This document shows, one piece after another, positions 25,615 to 33,081 of a DNA stretch of 33,081 nt. Origin of the DNA: Rhodomicrobium sp. (lineage in GTDB: Bacteria > Pseudomonadota > Alphaproteobacteria > Rhizobiales > Rhodomicrobiaceae); assembly GCA_052148445.1 (NCBI GenBank), contig JBKQIH010000018.1, positions 1 through 33,081 of the forward strand, written 5' to 3'. A program made the translations under genes and the position numbers. Position 1 is the first letter of the stretch. Every line of letters begins with the position of its first letter. The notes beneath the pieces were generated by a model. That model saw only the letters and a list, made by a program, of their open reading frames with translations, did no database searches and had not been told where the DNA came from.

Positions 25615-26738
25615 TGTCCAGTCCCAAAGACACCGCCACCTTAGCAAGTGCGCCCCAAATTAATGTCCAGGCCCCCGGGGCTCTCGACGAGGTAAAGCCG
25701 CGCTTTCGCGTACTACCCATTCTCATTACCTTCATTACCGTAGCGATAGCGGGTGTGCTGTCGCTGGCGATGTGGAATACCTATATGGCGGCTCCTTGGA
25801 CAAGGGATGCCACCGTGCGCGTCTATGTCGTGACGATAGCGCCGCAAATATCCGGTCTGATCGTAAAGCTGCCCGTTTCAGACAACCAGCTCGTTCATAA
25901 GGACGGCCTGTTGATGGTCATCGATCCGACGAACTACAGGATTGCGGTCCAGCAGGCCCAAGCCGCCCTGGATCAGGCCAGGGCCACTGCTCAGGATGCG
26001 GAGGCCGAGTATAAGCGCCGGGAAAAACTAACCACCTTGTCAACCTCCACCGAGGAGAAACAAATATACGAAGCGAAGGCCTTGAGCGCCAAGGCGGCTG
26101 TCGACCAGGCGGCGGCCAATCTCGACCAGGCGCGTGTGAACTTGGACCGCACCGAGATTCGCTCCCCGGTCAACGGATATGTCACCAACCTCTTTGCCCA
26201 GCTCGGCGATTACGCCAATGCCGGGCAGAATAAGCTTTCGATTGTCAATACCGACTCGTATTGGATCGATGGCTATTTCGAGGAAACGCAACTGGCCTCC
26301 ATCCGCGAGCGCGATCCCGTGCGCATCAAGCTCATGGGTTCAAGGCAAATCCTTCGCGGTCATGTCGACAGTCTCGCCCGCGGCATCCAGGTTCTAAATG
26401 CTCAGTCCGATGAGGCGGGGCTTGCGAAAGTGAACCCGATTTTCACCTGGGTCCGGCTTGCGCAGCGCGTTCCCGTCCGCATTCACCTCGACGAGTACCC
26501 CACCGACGTTGCGCTCGTTGCCGGCATGACGGCCACGGTTCGGGTTAATCCCAGCCAAGAACTCCATCAGCCAACTAACGGTCCAGCAATCGGCGGTAAA
26601 TCGGACCCTGCGAAGGTGGACAGGAAAGCCGCGTCGCCGTCCTCCTCATTACACCCCCAAAGCCGGGACCTGCCAAATCGGCATCCTCGGCGAAGACATC
26701 GAACTCACTTCCGTCAAGGCCTCGTATTTTCTGAGTAA
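25611..26738 (+). CDS. HlyD-family periplasmic adaptor (AaeA-like efflux subunit)
   Basis: N-terminal TM anchor, coiled-coil, beta-barrel blocks (..IRSPVNGYVTNL..). ATGA overlap with the upstream gene. Unusual roughly 60-aa R/H/P-rich C-terminal tail. Confidence 0.8.
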   Translation: MMSSPKDTATLASAPQINVQAPGALDEVKPRFRVLPILITFITVAIAGVLSLAMWNTYMAAPWTRDATVRVYVVTIAPQISGLIVKLPVSDNQLVHKDGLLMVIDPTNYRIAVQQAQAALDQARATAQDAEAEYKRREKLTTLSTSTEEKQIYEAKALSAKAAVDQAAANLDQARVNLDRTEIRSPVNGYVTNLFAQLGDYANAGQNKLSIVNTDSYWIDGYFEETQLASIRERDPVRIKLMGSRQILRGHVDSLARGIQVLNAQSDEAGLAKVNPIFTWVRLAQRVPVRIHLDEYPTDVALVAGMTATVRVNPSQELHQPTNGPAIGGKSDPAKVDRKAASPSSSLHPQSRDLPNRHPRRRHRTHFRQGLVFSE

Positions 26739-26772
26739 AGCCATGAGCGGTCATCGGCTTCACCTCCGGCCG

Positions 26773-27168
26773 TCAGCGCTGCATATGCATCATTTGATAC
26801 ATCGGGAGCATGTTTTGATTTAGGTGATCCATGATCCAGAGCGAGCCAAGCACGATCAGGCCAACAATCAACAATCCGAAGGCCAGTGCGAGTACGTTGT
26901 TCGTATTATCCGGTGCTGTCGTGATATGCAGAAAGAAGACGAGGTGAATCCCCATTTGCGCGATGGCGAGCACCACGAGTGCGATTGGGATTCCAGGCCC
27001 CCAAATCTCGTGAGTACGGGCCACGTAGAATGAGGCCGCCGTGAGCAGAACGGCCAGCCCGAGCCCTATAAGATACCCTTGCACTTCACCCCAGATATCG
27101 CTGCGATCGATTGCACCTGGCGGGACATCGCCGAAGTTCTCGTCAAAGCCGTCGCGTTGTTCGCTCAT
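26773..27168 (-). CDS. cyoD: Cytochrome bo3 ubiquinol oxidase subunit IV
   Basis: 131 aa from ATG 27166-27168, overlapping the cyoC stop (ATGA). Three TM helices. Listed ORF trimmed by 50 codons. Confidence 0.85.
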   Translation of the reverse strand: MSEQRDGFDENFGDVPPGAIDRSDIWGEVQGYLIGLGLAVLLTAASFYVARTHEIWGPGIPIALVVLAIAQMGIHLVFFLHITTAPDNTNNVLALAFGLLIVGLIVLGSLWIMDHLNQNMLPMYQMMHMQR

Positions 27169-27857
27169 CTCGCTACACTCATCAGATAGACGATGGTGAA
27201 TATGGCAACCCAGATAATATCGAGCGTGTGCCAAAACAGGTTGAAGCACAGCAGCCGATGCAGAATGGAAGTGCGGAAGCCCTTCACGTAAACCTGGGCC
27301 ATCATGGTCCCCAGCCATAGAAGTCCCACGCTGACGTGTGTGCCGTGCAGGCCGACCAGGGCGAAGAAAGATGAGAGGAAGGCGCTATGGGTGGGCCCTG
27401 CACCCCGCCCGATAAGGCCAGCGAATTCTTGCAGCTCCAACAAAACGAAGCCTAGCCCGAAAAGACCTGTCACCAGTAGGAAGATCTGGGTCCAAAAATG
27501 ATTGCGGGCAGTGGCTGCCACAGCGGCCATTCCGCAAAAGAAGCTCGATGCGAGGAGCAGTGCCGTCTCCGTTGCAACCCGCCAAGTCTCGAACAAATCC
27601 GCTCCCGAAGGCCCTCCCGCGGTCGAATTACGCAACACGGCGAAAGCCGCGAAAAAGCAGGAAAACATGATGATATCGCTGAGAAGAAAGATCCAAAACC
27701 CGTATCCGGTGATGACGCGGGCGGAGGCCGGGCCACCTTCCCCGTGGCCTGTTGCGTGATCGTGGCCGTCCCCGCCGCCTTCGCCGCGCCTGCGGCCGAG
27801 CTTATAAGGATCGCTGAATGGCCGCTCTGGCCGGGCAAAAGCTTCGGTGGTGCTCAT
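27165..27857 (-). CDS. cyoC: Cytochrome bo3 ubiquinol oxidase subunit III
   Basis: 230 aa with His/Gly-rich N-terminus followed by [17 protein letters not shown], typical of CyoC. Confidence 0.9.
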   Translation of the reverse strand: MSTTEAFARPERPFSDPYKLGRRRGEGGGDGHDHATGHGEGGPASARVITGYGFWIFLLSDIIMFSCFFAAFAVLRNSTAGGPSGADLFETWRVATETALLLASSFFCGMAAVAATARNHFWTQIFLLVTGLFGLGFVLLELQEFAGLIGRGAGPTHSAFLSSFFALVGLHGTHVSVGLLWLGTMMAQVYVKGFRTSILHRLLCFNLFWHTLDIIWVAIFTIVYLMSVAR

Positions 27858-29866
27858 GCGAACTCACCCGTGCTTGCGTTCTCGTCAAGCCACTGCTGCC
27901 GGGCTTGGCGCCCGGCGCGGTCCTGGCGCGCTACCTCCTCGGCCGGGATTTCGTATTCCACGTCATCTCGCCACGCATACCAGACGAAAATGGCATACGC
28001 CGCGGCGAGGCCGGCTATCGCAAGCCACCAGATATGCCAAATCATTGCAAAGCCGGTGAGAGTTGCGAAGAAGGCAGTGATGAAACCGGTGGGGCTATTC
28101 CGCGGCATGTGAAGCGGCTTGTAATCGGGTTCACTCACCAAATGCTGCGTCTCAATCGCGCGCCGCTTGATATCCACATAGGGTTCGGCGCCCCGCACAT
28201 TGGGCAAGACGGCGAAGTTGAAGGCAGGCGGAGGCGACGCGGTGGACCATTCCAGCGAGCGCCCGTTCCACGGGTCGCCAGTAGTATCGCGAAGCTCATC
28301 GCGGCGGCGGATGCTGACGACAAGCTGGACCACCTGGCATACGGCACCGCAAAGTAGAACAACGATTCCAAAACCGGCCGCTAGGACCCAGGGTTGCCAG
28401 AGGTCGAAGTCGTAACGCTGCAGGCGCCGGGTCATGCCCAAGAGACCTGCCGCATAGAGCGGCATGAAGGTGACATAGAAGCCGGCGAACGCGAACCAGA
28501 AAGAGGCCTTGCCCCAGCCCTCGTGCAACTTGAAGCCGAACGCTTTCGGGAACCAATAAGTTATGCCGGCAAAGGCAGCGAACACTACAGCGCCAATGAT
28601 AACGTTATGAAAGTGGGCTACGAGAAACAGGCTTTCGTGCAACTGAAAGTCGGCTGGCGGTACCGCGAGAAGCACACCAGTCATGCCGCCGATCACGAAT
28701 GTAACGATGAATCCAATCGACCAAAGCATAGGCGTCGCAAACTGAATGCGGCCGCCATACATGGTAAAGATCCAATTATAGACTTTCACCCCGGTTCCCA
28801 CCGCAATGATGCTGCTTGCGATACCGAAGATGGCGTTGACGTCTCCCCCCGCTCCCATTGTAAAGAAGTGATGCAACCAAACCGTGAAAGAGACTATGCA
28901 GATGAATAAGGTTGCAACCACCATCGAGCGATAGCCAAATAAGGGTTTGCGGGAAAAGGTGGAGATCACTTCCGAGAAAATGCCGAACGCGGGCAGAACG
29001 AGAATATAGACTTCGGGATGTCCCCACGCCCAGATCAAGTTGATGAACATCATCATATTGCCGCCGGCCGTATTCGTGAAAAAATGAAAGTCGAGATAGC
29101 GGTCGAGAATAAGCATCGCGAGCGTGGCCGTTAGGACCGGAAATGCCGCGACGATGAGCATATTGGCGGCGAGAGCGGTCCAGCAGAAGATGGGCATCCG
29201 CAGATAGCTCATCCCGGGGGCGCGCATTTTGAGGATAGTCGTAACGAAATTGATGCCCGTCACCAATGTTCCGACGCCGGAGATTTGCAGCGCCCACAGG
29301 TAATAATCCACCCCCACACCGGGAGAGTATTCAGCCTCCGATAATGGCGGATAGGGGAGCCATCCCACGCGTGAGAATTCGCCCACGACGAGCGATATGT
29401 TCACAAGCAGAGCGCCGGATGCGGTAAGCCAGAAACTCACCGAGTTCCACGCCGGGAAAGCGACGTCGCGCACGCCAAGCTGCAGGGGCACCACCAAATT
29501 CATGAGCCCGATCATGAACGGCATCGCCGCAAAGAAAATCATAATCGTGCCGTGGGCGGAGAAGATTTGATCGTAATGTTCCGGTGGGAGATAGCCGGGT
29601 GCGTGAAAGGCAAGCGCTTGCTGCGACCGCATCATGATCGCGTCGATGAAGCCGCGCAGCAGCATGACGAGCCCAAGCAGGCAATACATGACGCCGATGC
29701 GCTTGTGATCGACGCTTGTGATCCACTCATTCCAAAGATAGGGGAAGTGGCCCTTCAAGATGATCCATACGATCACCGCGAGGAGAATTACCATCACCGC
29801 TGCGCCGGCGATGAGAGGGATCGGCTGTTCCCAAGGGATTGCGTTCCAGGTGAGCTTGCCAAACAT
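27854..29866 (-). CDS. cyoB: Cytochrome bo3 ubiquinol oxidase subunit I (heme-copper oxidase)
   Basis: 670 aa. [16 protein letters not shown] start. Conserved heme-copper oxidase His ligands. Confidence 0.95.
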   Translation of the reverse strand: MFGKLTWNAIPWEQPIPLIAGAAVMVILLAVIVWIILKGHFPYLWNEWITSVDHKRIGVMYCLLGLVMLLRGFIDAIMMRSQQALAFHAPGYLPPEHYDQIFSAHGTIMIFFAAMPFMIGLMNLVVPLQLGVRDVAFPAWNSVSFWLTASGALLVNISLVVGEFSRVGWLPYPPLSEAEYSPGVGVDYYLWALQISGVGTLVTGINFVTTILKMRAPGMSYLRMPIFCWTALAANMLIVAAFPVLTATLAMLILDRYLDFHFFTNTAGGNMMMFINLIWAWGHPEVYILVLPAFGIFSEVISTFSRKPLFGYRSMVVATLFICIVSFTVWLHHFFTMGAGGDVNAIFGIASSIIAVGTGVKVYNWIFTMYGGRIQFATPMLWSIGFIVTFVIGGMTGVLLAVPPADFQLHESLFLVAHFHNVIIGAVVFAAFAGITYWFPKAFGFKLHEGWGKASFWFAFAGFYVTFMPLYAAGLLGMTRRLQRYDFDLWQPWVLAAGFGIVVLLCGAVCQVVQLVVSIRRRDELRDTTGDPWNGRSLEWSTASPPPAFNFAVLPNVRGAEPYVDIKRRAIETQHLVSEPDYKPLHMPRNSPTGFITAFFATLTGFAMIWHIWWLAIAGLAAAYAIFVWYAWRDDVEYEIPAEEVARQDRAGRQARQQWLDENASTGEFA

Positions 29867-29868
29867 GT

Positions 29869-30810
29869 TTAGCCCTCGTGCCTGGGCCGGACATTCAGCC
29901 CGGCAGGCCCCATTCGCGGACCCGGGCCGGGCGGAATCTCCTGGGTTACGACGGCCTGAAAGAGGTTTGGATCGATCGTCCGGTAGGTGAATGCAGGCGC
30001 GTTTTCGCTTTGCCGGCTCAGCGCTGCATATGCAGCGCGATCTAATGCGGGCCCGGACTGTTTGGCGCTGGCAACCCAGCTCTTGAATTCATCCTCCGGT
30101 ACGGCCCGCGCCGTGAAGTTCATGCCCGAAAACCCATCGCCACTGAATTGCGTAGACAAACCCAGATAATTGCCAGGATGATCGGCCTTGAGATGCAGCT
30201 GTGTGACCATCCCGTTCATCGCCGCGATCATGCTGCCGAGCTGCGGTACGAAGAAGTTGTTCATGACCGAGGATGAGGTGAGCGAGAAATGGACCGGCAC
30301 GCCCACAGGCATCACAAGCTCATTCACGCTCGCAATCCCTTGATCCGGATAGATAAACAGCCACTTCCAATCGAGTGAGACGGCTTGCACCTCTAGCGGC
30401 TTGTTGGGAGAAGCGATCGGGTTGGCGGGATCCAATTCATGCGATCCTATCCAGATTACGCCGCCAAGAAAGAGAATGACGAGGATGGGGATCGACCAGA
30501 CGATTAACTCGAGCTGGCCCGAATATGCAAACTCCGGCCGGTAGCGGGCTCTGGTGTTTGAAGCACGATACCACCACGCAAAAAGTAGAACTGCGGCGAT
30601 CGTAGGCACGACAATCACCAACATGATCTCTAGCGCGTTAATGAGAATAAGGCGGTTGGAGTTGCCGATGGGCCCTTTGGGATCGAGCACCCCTCCCGAG
30701 CACCCGGTGAGTGCAGGAAGCAAAACCAACGCAGCTGGTAGGAAGCCAGGCCATCGCGGCCAGCCTAATGACCAGAAAGCGGACCGATGTGACACCCATT
30801 TAAGCTGCAT
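29869..30810 (-). CDS. cyoA: Cytochrome bo3 ubiquinol oxidase subunit II (lipoprotein)
   Basis: 313 aa. Lipobox LLPALTGC, two TM helices, cupredoxin-like domain lacking the CuA ligands, as in quinol oxidases. Confidence 0.9.
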   Translation of the reverse strand: MQLKWVSHRSAFWSLGWPRWPGFLPAALVLLPALTGCSGGVLDPKGPIGNSNRLILINALEIMLVIVVPTIAAVLLFAWWYRASNTRARYRPEFAYSGQLELIVWSIPILVILFLGGVIWIGSHELDPANPIASPNKPLEVQAVSLDWKWLFIYPDQGIASVNELVMPVGVPVHFSLTSSSVMNNFFVPQLGSMIAAMNGMVTQLHLKADHPGNYLGLSTQFSGDGFSGMNFTARAVPEDEFKSWVASAKQSGPALDRAAYAALSRQSENAPAFTYRTIDPNLFQAVVTQEIPPGPGPRMGPAGLNVRPRHEG

Positions 30811-30818
30811 TCAGGTGC

Positions 30819-32552
30819 TCAGCGCCAGAGATTTGTCTTGGCCAAGTCGAGGATCTCGCCGGCTCGCCCATCGATGACTGCCTTGATCATGTAAAGCGAG
30901 AAGCCCTTGGCCATATCGAGCGTGATGGAGGGCGGCATGGCAAGCTCGGTCCGGTTCACCAGAGCATCGATCAGAACCGGCCCATCATGGGCAAAGGCGG
31001 CTGCGATCCCCTCATCGACTTCCGCAGGGTCCTTCAGCCTGATCCCATGAATCCCTATCGACTCCGCCATGGCTGCGAAATCCGGATTGTTGAGCTCCGT
31101 GCCAAAGTCCAGGAGGCCGGTCGACTTTTGTTCTAGCTCGACGAAACCGAGCGTTCCGTTGTTGAAGACCACCACCTTCACGGGCAGGCTGAGCTGGGTG
31201 AGGCTGATGAGATCGCCCATAAGCATGGTGAAACCGCCGTCGCCCGACAACGAGACCACTTGGCGGCCGGGGAACGTCTTTTGGGCGCCAATCGCCTGCG
31301 CCATCGCATTGGCCATGGAACCGTGCCAGAAGGACCCAATCAGCCGGCGCTTTCCGTTCATGGCAAGATAGCGCGCTGCCCACACGGTCGGAAGCCCGAC
31401 ATCGCAGGTGAAGATGGCATCGTCCGAGGCATGCTGGCTAATCGCCTTGGCGATCTGCTGTGGGTGAATCAATCCGCTGCCAGGGGTAACGCCGGCCAAA
31501 TCGTCGAGTTCCCTGCGCGCTTTGGCATAATGGTCTTGCGCCCGCTTGAGGTGGGTAATGTCTTGCTTCTGGTCGAGAAGCGGCAATAGTGCCTCGATCG
31601 TCGTCTTGACATCTCCCGCGACGGCAATGTCCAAAGCGGCCCGGCGCCCGAGTTGCTCCGGGCGGATATCGACCTGAGCGATGCGGGTACCAGCTCCCTC
31701 TGGATAGAATTGCCGGTAAGGAAAGTCCGTCCCCAGCATAAGCAGAACGTCGCAGTCGAGCATGGCATAATAGCCAGACGCGAAGCCGATCAGCCCCGTC
31801 ATGCCAACATCGTAAGGGTTATCCCACTCCACATGCTCCTTGCCGCGCATGGCGTGCACCATGGGCGACTTGAGCCTTTCGCCAAGCTCCAAGAGTTCCG
31901 CATGCGCGCCTGCGCATCCCGAACCGCACAGGAGCGTGACACGGCTCCCGGCATTCAGCATCTCCGCCAGGTGGTCGAGACTTGGCTTCGGCGGGAGCGT
32001 CACGGGCTGTGGAGGCAGGAGGCCTCGGACCTTGGGAGGCGGTGCATCCAAGGCTTCCTGCAAAGCAACGTCGCCGGGCATCACCACCACAGAGACGCCG
32101 CGCCTGCCTACCGCCTCGCGGATTGCGACCTCAAGCGTTCGAGGAATCTGGCTAGCTACGGACACCAACTCGCAATAGTGGCTGCATTCTTTGAACAGGC
32201 TCTGCGGATGCGTTTCCTGGAAATATCCCGACCCGATTTCCGCGGATGGAATCTGCGCGGCTATGGCAAGCACAGGCACGCGCGAGCGGTGGCAATCGAA
32301 GAGGCCGTTGATGAGATGCAAATTGCCCGGCCCGCAGCTTCCTGCGCACACCGCGAGTTCGCCTGTCAAATGGGCCTCGGCGCCGGCCGCGAAGGCAGCC
32401 ACCTCTTCGTGCCGGACATGCACCCATTCGATTTTGCCTTGGCTTCGAATGGCATCGGTGAGGCCGTTCAAACTGTCGCCGACAATGCCATAAATGCGTT
32501 TTACGCCTACGGCAGCGAGTGTCCGGGCAAACTGGGCTGCAACGGTTTTCAT
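30819..32552 (-). CDS. poxB: Pyruvate:ubiquinone oxidoreductase (pyruvate oxidase, ThDP/FAD)
   Basis: 577 aa. [32 protein letters not shown]-terminus. GDGGF ThDP motif. GGGAG SD. Ends 8 nt upstream of cyoA. Confidence 0.9.
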   Translation of the reverse strand: MKTVAAQFARTLAAVGVKRIYGIVGDSLNGLTDAIRSQGKIEWVHVRHEEVAAFAAGAEAHLTGELAVCAGSCGPGNLHLINGLFDCHRSRVPVLAIAAQIPSAEIGSGYFQETHPQSLFKECSHYCELVSVASQIPRTLEVAIREAVGRRGVSVVVMPGDVALQEALDAPPPKVRGLLPPQPVTLPPKPSLDHLAEMLNAGSRVTLLCGSGCAGAHAELLELGERLKSPMVHAMRGKEHVEWDNPYDVGMTGLIGFASGYYAMLDCDVLLMLGTDFPYRQFYPEGAGTRIAQVDIRPEQLGRRAALDIAVAGDVKTTIEALLPLLDQKQDITHLKRAQDHYAKARRELDDLAGVTPGSGLIHPQQIAKAISQHASDDAIFTCDVGLPTVWAARYLAMNGKRRLIGSFWHGSMANAMAQAIGAQKTFPGRQVVSLSGDGGFTMLMGDLISLTQLSLPVKVVVFNNGTLGFVELEQKSTGLLDFGTELNNPDFAAMAESIGIHGIRLKDPAEVDEGIAAAFAHDGPVLIDALVNRTELAMPPSITLDMAKGFSLYMIKAVIDGRAGEILDLAKTNLWR

Positions 32553-33081
32553 GATCTCGCTCCCGGCGGTAAAAGCAGGTATGGGGTATCAGGCTATTCT
32601 TCGGTAAGGCCAGACCGGGTGTCTAGAAACGCTTGATAAGGGCATTACCCGGGAGTGAACTCATTGTCCGGATGTTGACGAAGCTTGTTAATCCAATGAA
32701 CAAGATGTCTACGCCAGAGCTCATGATCTTTTAGCGCCTTCGTCACAGGATAGCAGGAACAAAACCGCAACCAAATCCTGCCAAGGCGAAGAAATATTGG
32801 CCCTTTTAATGAGCAATACTAAATTACGCTGGCGCGCATGCAACAGAAGAGGCTCGCCGGGTACCTCGCGCCTGAAGTTCCCCCTGTTTCCCACCGGAAG
32901 CACGGACAAATCGATCGGCCTCATAAACTCCCCGGCAGTCCTTTTTGCGAACCCCTATGGCTCGGAATGGTGACTGAGCGAAATCAAAAAAACCTGAGGT
33001 CCATAGTCATGTGCGCGAGGCCGCACGCGGGCACGATTTCCATGACACAGGCTGGTGCCGTAGCGCTCTCACCGGCGGCGA

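Noticed and set aside
1-33081. CRISPR arrays, rRNA and tRNA genes
   Set aside because: No short regularly spaced direct repeats, no rRNA-like conserved blocks and no foldable tRNA cloverleaf were seen on either strand.

Overview
High-GC (about 62-65%) alphaproteobacterial-looking chromosomal segment that reads as an accessory, mosaic region. Main content, left to right:

- Left edge (1-275): start of a phage-type integrase (minus strand, runs off the window) next to an internal fragment of an IS4/IS5-family transposase.
- 281-4122: a periplasmic thiol-redox pair (CcdA plus secreted thioredoxin) downstream of an ECF sigma/anti-sigma pair of the SigF/NrsF (DUF1109) type. A bufferin-type RiPP operon is transcribed divergently: a DUF2282 precursor, then a DUF692/MbnB-like enzyme. 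This operon looks decayed. The DUF692 gene has a premature stop, its C-terminal block reappears in another frame, and the expected DUF2063 partner is only a roughly 50-aa remnant.
- 4195-5844: benzoylformate-decarboxylase-like ThDP enzyme on the minus strand.
- 6155-9619 (lower GC): a 925-aa protein with about 9 N-terminal TM helices and a patatin-like phospholipase domain. Its stop codon is followed, in the same frame and with no further stops, by 229 codons encoding the N-terminal half of a CHAT (caspase-like) domain. That half is truncated before its catalytic residues.
- 10600-12487: a DyP-type peroxidase carrying a C-terminal encapsulin targeting peptide, overlapping a family-1 encapsulin shell gene.
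- 12.5-15.5 kb: a low-GC islet with a secreted TPR protein and a membrane-anchored Cys-rich hypothetical protein.
- Remaining annotated genes (15.8-32.6 kb): a PcfJ-like protein, a bicupin oxalate decarboxylase, a TM-anchored penicillin-acylase family protein, a secreted P/Q/Y-rich protein, an AaeB/AaeX/AaeA-like FUSC efflux module, and a contiguous poxB-cyoABCD block.

No rRNA, tRNA or CRISPR array was found.
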